From contig CM074809.1 of assembly GCA_037447605.1 (NCBI GenBank), forward strand, positions 2,160,689-2,224,688: a stretch of 64,000 bases of DNA, given 5' to 3'. Shown here in pieces: positions 45,236 to 56,413 of this stretch (position 1 is the first letter of the stretch; the number at the start of each line of letters is the position of its first letter). The position numbers and the translations under genes are program-made. Below the pieces are notes generated by a model. The model had not been told where the DNA came from and did not search any database. It was given only the letters and a program-made list of their open reading frames with translations. The stretch comes from Zygnema circumcarinatum SAG 698-1b (taxonomy: Eukaryota; Plantae; Zygnematophyceae).

Positions 45236-45914
45236 GTGTCTCAATTTGCGTGTTAGACTAAAAAACAAGGGTTTTTATGATTTCTTAGACATTTTCTATT
45301 TTCAAGATTTTTAGGAATTTTAAGATTTTTAAGGTTTTACATATTTAGGTTATTATTTAGGTTTTTTAGAAATTTTATAGATATTTTAAGCATTTTTAGC
45401 GCTTTTACAGTTTTTTTAATCTTTCAGAATTTTTACAGTTTTTAGTCAGTCCGTTAGCTTGTCAGTTTGTCGGGAAGTCTGTCAGTCTGTCCGTTAGTCA
45501 GTCGTCTGTCTGTCGGACAGTATGTGTGTCCGTCTGTCAGTCAGTCTGTCGGTCGTCGGGCAGTCTGCGAGTTAGTCGGTTTGTCGGTCGGTTTGTCGGC
45601 CAGTTCGCGTGTCCGTCCGTCAGTCAGTCGGCTAGTCCGCCAGTCCTCTGGACTATAAAGACTTTGTCTGTCGGCCAGTCCGCCATTTTAAAAACATCTT
45701 ACGTGGAATTAACGATAATATAGAAATTGAAAACATCGATAAACATCAAAAATTATTGGCAACGTGGCAACACTTGATTGAATAAAATAAGACCCATTTC
45801 CTACAAAAAATCAAGAAAACACACAACACCCACGTCGCAATCTCTGACTGGATAACACGTATACCACATTCCGTTCCACAATCCAAAAAAAAAAAAAAAA
45901 AAAAATTTTTTTTT

Positions 45915-45978
45915 AAACCACACACAAACTTGACGACAGAATGATGTGTCATTCTGTCGTCAAGTTTGTGTGTGGTTT
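45915..45978. other. Perfect 30-bp inverted repeat with a 4-nt loop
   Basis: AAACCACACACAAACTTGACGACAGAATGA-tgtg-TCATTCTGTCGTCAAGTTTGTGTGTGGTTT. Confidence 0.97.
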
Positions 45979-46121
45979 TTTTTTGATTTTTTTTCCCATT
46001 TTAGGGCTACGTGGCAACACCCGACTGGATAAAAAACATACCCCATATCCTACAAACGATCCAAAAAAACACCACAATACCAACGTGGCAATTTCTAACT
46101 GGATAAAAGCATAACTGAATA

Positions 46122-46158
46122 ACGTTTCGTTTCAACGCTGTCCGCTGAAACGAAACGT
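46122..46158. other. Perfect 13-bp hairpin
   Basis: ACGTTTCGTTTCA-acgctgtccgc-TGAAACGAAACGT. Confidence 0.93.
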
Positions 46159-46766
46159 AATTATGAGTACATAAATACGCGATATACCCCATTTTAACCG
46201 CATTCGATCCAACGAAGAGCACACCAATCAGGACGCGCGACGTGGCAACGTCACACTCGCGGAAATTATACCCCATTTTCATCAAAATCATCTTTGACAC
46301 CTTAATCGAATAATCGTACGGATGAAAACGATGACAAAGCTTTTGCCTACGGCAACGCAAAAAATGGGGTTATACTTGGAAGATCCAAACTACCAACGAA
46401 ATTACGACACGTGGCAGAAAGCGGTCCTCACTCTCCACGCTGGCGCGCTTTCGCTTGAACATTCTCATTTTTGTTTGATCGGTGGACCCAGGGAGAGAAA
46501 AGATGTTTGATTGAACTCACGGGAAAACTCAAATTGAACACTAACGATAATTAATTGTTCGATGTTTAATTGGTTCTCCATACAAATTGTATTGAGAAAA
46601 AAATTTAGGAATTCATTTCTCATTTCCTAAAATGAATCGTGTTCACAAATATAGGATTTTTTTTTGAGAAACTGGTTTTGAAAGGTTTTTTTTTTGAAAA
46701 ACCAAAATCTTTAATTTCGTTTTTTCTCAACCTGTTCGGTTTTACGGTAGAAGTAGGGAGGGACGA

Positions 46767-47135
46767 AAACAGGCAACTGCATCCATAGAGTACACTGCGA
46801 CTTCCTGTATTTACCCTTGAAATCATCTCCCTTGTGGTCTCCCCCACCGGAGGTTTTAGAGGCGGAAAGCTTATTGGGTTTGCTTCATCAATCAAAATTA
46901 AAGTAAAGCCGCTTTCGCCGTGCGCGTCCAGTAAGGCTGGTAGAGGCTCTTTGCGCCATCATACACATGCCTTCTTTTTCGATGGAGAGATAACAACATC
47001 ATAATGGTAAATAGTCATCACACTCCCGGTGCTTTAGTTCTTTGGTATGCATGTCCATAAAGTTCTGTCAAAAAATTAGTTTTTTTCTGTCCAAGTTTGT
47101 AACCAAATAAAAAATGCTACCAACGAAAACCGGGC
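46767..47135 (-). pseudogene. AGO: Degenerate Argonaute N-domain fragment
   Basis: Collinear motifs in shifting frames: KLGQKKTNFLT/NF (cf. GQKIxLLTNHF), TIYHYDVVISP (cf. HYDVTITP), VYDGAKSLY (cf. AYDGRKSLY), ESGFTLILIDE (cf. SKEFxIxLxDE), FK-x-IQEVAVYSMDAVACF (cf. FKVxIKxxA). Multiple frameshifts, stops and a deletion. Confidence 0.58.
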
Positions 47136-47523
47136 CCTCTCAATGTCTCCGCCTCTACAACCTAATTTCAAACATCGTTCTCCCAGTCAGCTTCTTTGCC
47201 TCTGTGCCACACTTCACCTAAGGACCTCCACCCGTCCACCTACCAAGCTGCCGTTCTTTCATCCACACCAACAATTCAGGGAAACGAGGTATTCACGGAG
47301 CGTTCAAGAGAGGAAACTTGGTACAAGAGGCACTGCTGGTAGAAATTCTGCCTGCACTGCCACCTACCAACGTTCGCAATAATAATAAGTCAAAGAGGAG
47401 AAGCCACAAAAGGGAAAAAATTCTAAGCACAAGCACTTTCCTCTCCGGTGACATCTCCAACGTGTCTAGCACTACGACAACTTCATCTAGAGGCTATGTT
47501 CTGTCTGCGGCGCGAGCATTGCA

Positions 47524-50500
47524 TCACATTACAACACAGTTACTTCCACTTTTCCTATCCCTTTCGTCAACCCTAGCAGCGGCTGCAGCAGTTGGTGGCC
47601 AAGTGGGACCCTGCATCAAGGAAAACAAAGGAAGCCCTGGTAAGGATGGACCCATGACCCGTGATGGAGTGACCGTGCGGGAAGGTGCAGGCCGGTAATG
47701 GCCAACCTCCTTTCTAAAGCAAAAGCATGCTGGGTGACTAACCCATGCTCCTGTCCAAGGACTTGACCAACGGCTCCCCTTTCCAAAGCACATGTGGGCA
47801 TGATGCATGTTGTCGGCAATTGACTCCTCATGTCAAGCTTCTCCAACAAAGGAAAAGCGAATGCAAGAAATTACAGATCATGACTATCACAATTTCCAGC
47901 CAAAAACAAGCCTACAAACAGCAACAGCAACAGCTTACAGCCTGCTCACCATTTGACAATAACAAAAGACTCGGTCCTTTTTCCACTGGTATGAGACATC
48001 GCATGGCAGGTCAGTTGTCTCAGGCGCTACCGTTCACGAGTCCATCGACCTACCTCGATTAGACAGCTCATTGCAGGCCTGAAACAACTAAGTTACGAGC
48101 TAGACACTTATGACAACACTCAAAACAAATGATATCTGTGCATAAGAAATCACCATAGCAAACGACTTGCGTGGCCTCCAACAAAACGGAGGAACACACT
48201 TAATAGGGAAGTTGAGCATTTCCGAATGCACATGGCACAAGTGTGATCTCGAAAACTCACCACTACTAACCTTTGAGAGGATGATGGAACTCTCAAAGGT
48301 CTACCTTTAGACACCCCTGCTGACTGCTGCTGCTGCTGCTGTTGAAGCTGATGTTGATTCTGGTGCTGATGCTGATGCTGATGCTGCTGATGCTGATGCT
48401 GCTGCTGCTGACGCTGATGCCGCCGTTGCTCGTCCATCTCCTGCTGTTGCAATGCAAGTGCAAGCTGTAGATCGGAACTGCAAAATCACAAAAAGGTACA
48501 GGAATCATTACATGTGCTGCTCTAGTTCTTGCCATGAATAGACAATTAAAAATTCAAAAATGTTTTCGCAACGGCCAATAGGGTCGGAGCTTTGTCAAGA
48601 GTACGTAGACACACTTGAAACTTTAGAAGGCCATTTCGAACACAAAATTATCATTCACCATTGCCTACCTATGACCCGAACTGCGTCTTGAAGGACCTCT
48701 AAAACCAGAACCATCAAACAAAACTGGTGCACTTTTTCCAATCTCATTGCTATTCGGTTGCCTGAATACGCTATCAGCACCCACGGGTTTCGAGATTTGA
48801 GGACAGGTACCCACTTGTAATCATTCTCTTGGACGCCTGCTCCTCCGACCTGATCCTGCAGTTCACCAACAGATGAAGACGGTGAGACAAACATAAAAAA
48901 TAAAAATAAAAAAAATAAAAAAAAACCCGGGTGGACATCAGCATCAAAAGAAAAGGGAATTGTGGTGCAGTGCCCCCAAATGACTGTGTCCAATACCGTT
49001 GCTTTACTCTACATCCTGGGAGTAAAATACAGAAGCCCATTCCCCTATTACAGACGTGGTTGTGTTCAGAGGAGAGGTATAACTCTCCAATAAGCTAGAA
49101 CACATCCTTGTTTCTGGCCACCGGAATGCTGGATGAAACAGTTTCTCGAAGAATGAAGTCTATACTGGAAAGCCTAAAAATCCTAGATAGAGAATTTAAC
49201 AAAAGAGGAGAATACCCTAGTAGCGGCGGCGACAATAGCTGCTTCATCTTCCTCAGCCCAAGACCTGGGAATGCTTTCGGCATGGAAAATATGGAAGTCA
49301 CCTGTGCAGAACTGGTTGTCTCCTTCAACCTGTCAAATGCGAAATTCAAGAGCAGTAAGCCTGCAAGTTATGCAGCCAAAACAACAGCGGTTGAACAAAT
49401 TGTGAGAGACCGTAGCTCCACGCGGGGCTCTTATGCCATTGTCATAACTTGTCAGAGTAGTGATCTCCTGCTCCAACTTCATGATCCAAATTTAACCAAG
49501 GCAATATGAAAAACAACAAGGTTTTCATTACAATGACAAAAGTTTTATCTTCACATCATGGTCTCAGAAATTCGTCAGCGTCATAACAGCTGTGCATCGA
49601 TTGCCTTCTAATTAGTCCCCTATAAGCCCTCTTAAGAATCCTAAAAACATAGAGCACACTGCACATAGAGCACACTTTTCGTCTAACTAAGGTCCAAGGA
49701 AAAAGAAACAACGAGACTTTACAAAGCCAAACATTGTAAGAATTGTCAATCACCTCGCTTAGCCTCTCCCAGACAAGGTTTGACTGATTGTAATATCCTT
49801 GATCGGTGGCCAATAGGTAGAGAGATCCTTCATACTGCAGACACAATGCAAAGTAACCAAACATTGAGTCAGACCACATCCATTACCATGGCCACTTCAA
49901 AATAAATACAGCAGAAAATAAAGTTAAAAACATAACAACCGGTCAGTACTTCTCTGGGCAAAACACGTTTGCTAAAACTCTTCACTCGCAAAGCGGAAAC
50001 CATCCACATGGCAGGCATCCAGGACTGATACATCACCATTCATCGTACTCAATATATGCACGACCACATCATGTCCGTCCAATGGACGGCCTGACATTAG
50101 AGACAGACTGAAATTAGAGACAGAGAAAATAAGCCGGAACAGTATCCACTTTGCAAATGTCCTGTCATGAAGACTGGCGCCAAACACGCACGTCTCTGAA
50201 GCCACTGGAGCAAGGTCAAAGGACATCCTGAAATCCGCTGAAAAGGACCAACCTTGAACATGGTGCTAAAGTGATTATTCCTAAAGAAAACACAAAGCTC
50301 TCGTTCTTTGATCCCCTCCTGCAGACTGAACAGTCTGCACACAGAAACAAAAAAGGGAAGAAATTCATTTTAGAACTTAAAAATGAAAGAAACTTGTCTC
50401 CTTCGTTCAAAAGCAGTATGTTGGATGTGTACTCTGCAAGGCAACTTAAAGCCTTTGTTGCTGCTACAATGCGAAAGTACAAAAAAGGGAAGGGGCGAGT

Positions 50501-53458
50501 CAGAATCATGAGAGCGAATCGCATCGGAGCACATTACCCGTGATACGTTAGTTGAGACGCTGTGCTGCTCAGAAAATTGTCTGACAATATTGCTGCATTC
50601 CCACATGCAACGGTAGCAACACGTAAGGTTGCTTAACAAATGGTCCTACACATGTGGAAAGTAAAGTCGTTCTTCAAGTACGGAATTTGACATTCATATT
50701 ATCGAACAAAGTTATCTCTCCTTCCACTTCACAACCAGGGACCGAGAGGCCATTTTCGGACTTGCCCTTCGTGACATTCTGCCAAACAAGCACTGACTTT
50801 AACCAACTCTGCTCCATAATGCCGAGCGCATGCTGAGGGGTCGTCCAGCCTTCCAACAAGTGCAGCCATCCTGCTAATAACACACTTTCATCACTTTCTT
50901 ACTAACCTTCCTTTGTAGCTTCAGTTAACTCCTCATCACTGGCTTTTACTTCGTCCTCTCTTGGATTACATTCATCAATATTCTGTTGCTCCTGTGCCCT
51001 CCACTGTGGTGATCGCCCTGCCTCCGAAAGAGTGGGCATGGTACTTTCCTCTTCAACAGTGCGCATATGAGGCTCGCTCAACCTCACTCGGTCAGCCATA
51101 GTTTCTCCTTCACTCAGCCACACCCTCAGGCTCGGCTGCACATCACTCGTTTCATCTGGCTTCAAGGCAACATTGTCCTCCTCTTCGTCCAGGTCCTCAT
51201 CATCGGGCTCTTCATCCAGAAACGAGTCATTCTTAGGAGGTTTGACACCTCCTGTGGCCCGTGGCTTTCCTGGTGTTGGTCCTGTGTTCGGAATTTTCTC
51301 CCAGGGATCAATGTGAGACTCGTGCTTCTCTTTAGTATCGTCAGATGCAACGAAGATAGACTTCTCCCCGCGTGGAAAGGCTGCTTCCGAATCATTATCA
51401 TTCCCTTCATCCAGCTGCTGCGCTTTGAGCACCCTGCTCAAAGCATCAACACTGCCTTCATGAAGCATAGTCGCAGAGCTCTCAGCGCGGCCAATAGCGG
51501 CCAAGCTGGGCCTGTCCTCATCGTCGTCGTCATCATCATCCTCATCCTGAAGTAGTCCTGCAGCTTTTGCAATCCGATCCACATCATCCTCGTGTATCAA
51601 TGAATCCGCTGTTGCGTTGTCCATGTGCTCCCAGTTGACGGGATTGAATGATGTCATTCTGACAGTAGGTCCTTCCCCGTTTTTGCTGAAGTCCGAATTG
51701 ACCGCCACGCCTTCGGAGGGAACAGGCTCTGACGAGGCTTTAGCAGCTAGACTACTAGAAGGTTCTGAAAATCTCGAAGAATGCAAGTCAACCAACTTCT
51801 CCACTAATGTGTTGTACGATTGCGACCCAACTGCCTTCGTTGTCAAATCATCCTGCTCCCGAATAGCAAACGGGCGGTGAAGAAAATGAACTTTAAGCAA
51901 TTTACTATCGGCGATTCACAAATTCAGCCAGGTTCCATAGAGAAACATCGATCCTATACTAATATTCAACAATTTAAGTCAGAACAGGGCTTAACTGCAA
52001 CCTCAAAACACCTTCATACTGTACAAGCACCACTAGAGTACGAATCCCCTATCTTCGGGGGTTTTTTTTTTTTTTTTACTAGTCCAAGTTTAGACTTTTG
52101 CAGCGACAAGTCTGAGCGGGAGGAGAAAGCAAAAATAACAGCATTGCAAAAACTGCACCTGTTGGTTATCCCTAAAAAGTGGTCATGCTTCTGCTGTGAC
52201 TCACGAAAAGAGAAACTTGACGATAAAAACTGGAAGTTAATCCCCACCGCTCCTTTAAAATCGGTACTCATAAATAAATACTTGCAACTGGAGACTCTGA
52301 ACTTCGAAGAAATTGAGCTACTGACGCCCTGCCAGTCGTGCAGCAACAAATCTCGCACTGTTCATGAATACGAGGCTCTCCTGAATATACAATATCACAA
52401 ACATATGAATATGCAGTTCAATTGCTGCATACCTGTGGATCCACGAGCCAACCATGCACGAGGCTTATGTCCAGAAGGTCGAAAATGGCCGTCTCAGGAG
52501 TGAACTCGAAGTCATGAATACTGCGGTTCAACCAGACGAAATTAAGTGGGATAGCAGAGAGCAACAAGTAAACATCGATGAGGGAAAAAGGAAGGGAAAT
52601 AACCTGGGAGGAGGATAAGGAGAAAGAAAGTAGTCGGGAAACACCTTTACGGCAGAACCGCATACAAAGCTTTTACGGGCATGAGCGAGCATATCAGGCG
52701 CAAGCAACTCTACATAAAAGATAAGCTCGAAAGAGAATGTGACAGAGCATGTTTGCTCACTTTCTGAACCGGACATTCACGTCAATTCCTGTTGCCAGTC
52801 GAGGAAGCATCGCAATTACGTCAGACACGTTTTGTTGTTGGTTTTTAGCATAAGAATCATCGTTTCCCTGTAATAAATTGGGAAAAAACCTTGTAAGCAC
52901 GAAAGGTAGTTAACAAAGAAGGTGATCAGAAGCTGAAGCACTAGGTGTATTCACGAAAATAAAACCTTTTTCCAAAAAAGGGAGAGTCAGACATGACTTA
53001 CCGCGCTGCTAAGGTTGGAGTCGAGAAGCCTGTGTGCAACAAGTGAAAGAAGATCTTCCAGAGAAATTTCAGGTGCGTCAGGGTGCATGTTGATGTTATT
53101 GCGAAGGAGAAGCACGTTCGCTGCAGCCATGGCACAAATTTAAACTTGAAAAAAGTCAACGGTGAAGCTATAGGCCTCATTCAATCTTTACGCATAAAAA
53201 GTTGATCTGTTCACACTAGCTGTAAGTTAAACAATGAAAAAATCGTCTCATATTCCATCCAATGACAACACACGTATTCCTCCAATTTCACAACGTAAAT
53301 CACAGCTGTTTCACGACAGGAGAACAATGGCGCGCGCACATACATATTGCAAGCAAGGGACACGGCCCGTTCTCATTCTGAAGAACTATCGGAACATTCC
53401 TGCGACTCAGGAAGTCAATCCGCTTGATTTTGTACGCCTGCTTGCCTTCTGTCGCCAT
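47524..53458 (-). CDS. MINDY1/2: MINDY-1/2 (FAM63)-type K48 deubiquitinase, 12 exons, ~683 aa
   Basis: Exons 53458-53344, 53120-53002, 52867-52761, 52520-52433, 51852-50907, 50592-50538, 50334-50253, 49834-49754, 49329-49216, 48855-48815, 48477-48261, 47610-47524 (2052 nt). Catalytic QNENGPCPLLAI and FFRNNHFST; LATGIDVNVRF; LVHGWLVDPQ; ASQLTYHG; LYLLATDQGY; MIU-like SDLQLALALQQQE; C-terminal CaaX CVVM. Confidence 0.95.
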
Positions 53459-54716
53459 TTTCCCTGCTATCCCTCTTCTTCCAGCTTCTGCAGCAGCAGC
53501 AAGTAGAAGCAGCAGCAGCAGCAGAAACAGACAGCTCTTCCTCAGCACTGCAGGAAGATGACGCCACACTTCACGCGATCAAACCGAGGACCATCCAAAC
53601 CTGCCCAACCGTAACGGCCCGTTGGATGACCGTCGGCCGTACGGTGTACGTCACGTGCGTTGCCGTACGACTTGCCGTACGTGTGTGTACGGCGCAGTGC
53701 CAATGTGCGGACTTTTCGTCGCGAGCCGGCGGTAAATGGTACCGTACGAACCACGTCAGCGTCCAATAAGATTTTTGACGAGTCAGAGCCCCCCACGTAT
53801 GATAGAGTCGGCCACGTGTGCGTGCAACGTGTGTTCGGGCGAGCGGGGCGCGTTGTCGATACAGTACTGTAGCGCCTCGCTAGCTGTACGGTAGGCTGGA
53901 CGGCAGCGTCGCGGCTACCGGCCGCCGGCCCTGGCGACAGGCGTACGGCGGCCGGCCGTCCGTCAACCGGCTACCGGCCGGCCGGCCGACTGGATGCTGC
54001 CATGGGCGGGAGTTCCGACCGGTCAGTGCGAGAAACTGAACTGGACACTGAACTGAACTGCGCTGTTCTCTGCCTGTGCTGTCGAAACTGAACTGGAATC
54101 CACTTTTCATGGAAACGTTGGGAGCGCCTTGCCGTTGGCCCGCCGTGCACGCTTCCTAGGGACGCGCCACAACGGCAAGCGCAACATTGGGCCAGCTTTA
54201 GCATGAAGGCCATGGCGCAAGCAGGACACGGAAGACAACGTCATACATCGGAGTTTATGGCACGGCCTTTGGAAAAAAAAAGGAAAGTGTTGGTGTTTGC
54301 TGCAGTGGTTTGTTTTTTGTTTGTGAGGAAGGCGGGGAAGGCTGTGAGTGAAGGGACTCAGGAAGACTGGGGATGAGGGAATGTAGGCCTATGTTTGAGG
54401 CAAGGCTCTTCGCGTTCGCATAATATGGAGAGAAAAAGAGAGGGAGAGGATTGTGGAGGCTACAAAAGGACATGGACCATTGTGTAGTAAAGGCAAGGCA
54501 AAATGAACACGCTTTGTGAAGAATGCAGAGCTTTATTTGCAATGGAATGTCCAGGAACATTTGTTGCGCAGAAAGACAAAAACTTCAAACCATCTCATCT
54601 GATCTTCATGAAGAAGAACTATCTTCAGCACTGCAGCCCTCCCTCTCTAATCGCTCTCCCTCATCAGGTCGAATGAAGATTCCCGGCGAAGCGCGAGCCC
54701 TTGCGGGCGCGTGACG

Positions 54717-56413
54717 TCACCCTTGAGTTGCCGCGGTGATGCCCTGCACGACGAAGTAGTAGGGCTGGTTCGCGAGGGAGACCTTCCCCGCCCAGAAGGG
54801 GTCGCCGCCCCGCCAGGTCACCACGTACACGTACACGCTCTTGGTGAACCCCGTCGCGGCGTACACCTGCGCGCCGTTGATGGACCACCTGCGTGCATGC
54901 GCGCATGCCGGAAGCAAACACTGCTCAGTTGCGCTGCGCTGCACTCAAAGGTCACACCAGCATGAAGAAAAAACGCTCCAAAAACGCTTCAAATGTTGGC
55001 GTTCCGACGTTCGCTTTATGTTTTTCCAAGTTGAGGAGGAGACCAATGGAGGTGGTTGGGCCGAGAGCAAGAGACGCACTTCGACAGCCATCCGTATTCA
55101 ATGGAGTACGTTTGAAAGTTCTGAGAGCAGTCGAAGCCGAGCTGAGCAACACTTACGTGCGCGTTTGGATCGCTGCGCGGCAAGATTGGAAAAAAAAACT
55201 TGGAGAAAAAGTCTTATTTAGCCCAACGATAGAGGGTTATACTTTGAAGTGGCCACATCCTGGCTAAACCTGGTTGGAAGCTCGATAAATCACAGCAATG
55301 TAATGTGCCTGCTGCCGCTTACCTGGCCCTCCAATAATTCGTTTGTAAAGAGGTTTTTTGCGCTCCTACAAACTCAAAATCTAATTCATCGCGACCAGCT
55401 TCTCCCTCTCCGGACGAAAGATACACCGACGAGACCATGCCGCTGCAAGGCCATCATAAACAGGCAATCCTAAGATCTTCTTCCTCACGAACAAAAAATG
55501 TTAGGCATACAAGGTAACCGGAGCACTTATTCTTACATTTTAAGAATGCATATGTGACCCACTGTTTTTCTGCTTCTTTTAAATCGTTTTCCTTTAAGGC
55601 AATGAGCGCAAACGGAGGAGCTCGGTTTTCGTTCTTGGAGAATCCTGCTTAAAGCCAGGAGAAAGTCCGAGAGTACAACCTCGTATCTCCCGCTGGGCAT
55701 CTTGCCTGGAAGGTGAAGGTAGTGCCAGGGGGGTAGCTCCTTACAGAACGGGCTCTTGCCTCTGTAGAACGCAGAAAGCATGACCATGTTTAACCGAAAA
55801 AAATGGCTAAAATTGCATTCAACATTCAGCATTCAGCAACATGGCTTCGATGCCCTCAAAAGCAGCGAGACATGTCAGTGTGGACTCACTGCGGCGTATT
55901 GCCTAAACTAAGAAGCATACCTCCTGTCCCATCCATCCTTATGTTTACAAACGCGCCATGGACCTCAATGTGGTCTGCCCTCCCGCTGTTGTCGAACTGC
56001 ATCGCAACTTCTTCCACCTGCGCAAGCTGCCGCCCACGTGCCACCTTCGAGTTGAGCTCACCAAAAGCGATGTTGTCATGATCTGATAAGTTTCTTGCTC
56101 TTGCATCGTCCGCCAAATGCTGCACGTTCTGGCTTTTGCCAGAAATCCGTATTGCTCCTCCGGTGGCGGTGCACCTGTCGCTAAAGAGATCCAGCATGAG
56201 ACATTTGATACTGGCAGCATTGACAAACAGAGCAAGACCAAGAACAGGCACATCGAGAATCTTCGCAGCTGCTGGACAGAGCGACTTCCAAGATGTGGAC
56301 ATCAAATCTTTCACACGCTCATTATTTCTACAACAGAGCAGAACTATTAACGGGCTCGCTCACCATATGAATACCACAGTAGCGACTGTGAGCAGCTTGC
56401 TAGCCACTCCCAT
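54717..56413 (-). CDS. EG16: Glycoside hydrolase family 16, EG16-like endo-beta-glucanase with an N-terminal signal peptide, 6 exons, 256 aa
   Basis: Exons 56413-56364, 56174-55921, 55761-55680, 55442-55323, 55172-55080, 54888-54717 (771 nt, all GT-AG, phases close). Product MGVASKLLTVATVVFIWCTATGG...MDGTGEARARS..TFTFQARCPAGDTSGMVSSVYLSSGEG..RDELDFEFVG.QKTSLQTNYW..LGFDCSQNFQTYSIEYG..WSING..VYVVTW..WAG..PYYFVVQGITAATQG*. It is collinear with plant EG16 (GARWRS, TFxxxxxCPxGNT, DEIDFEFLG, QTNY, LGFDCS, WLIDG, PY). Confidence 0.92.

Larger units (their letters stand above)
43993..45710. repeat. Pair of 267-bp direct repeats (43993-44259, 45444-45710) bracketing tandem-repeat-rich DNA
   Basis: GTCA/GTCG-rich block duplicated at offset 1451 with few mismatches. 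No TG..CA ends, PBS or PPT seen. Confidence 0.92.

Noticed and set aside
47318-47698. GKDGPMTRDGVTVRE resembling the GroEL/Cpn60 N-terminus
   Set aside because: It lies antisense to the MINDY last exon and intron, and no other chaperonin motifs are present.
50538-50592. Apparent frameshift in MINDY (IVRQF vs LSSTASQLTYHG)
   Set aside because: The in-phase exon reads AILSDNFLSSTASQLTYHG with the correct length and phases, so the gene is intact.
55990-56075. HDNIAF or EEVAMQF as a degenerate (dead) GH16 catalytic motif
   Set aside because: The real motif DELDFEF is intact in exon 55442-55323; these strings belong to the N-terminal linker and first strand.
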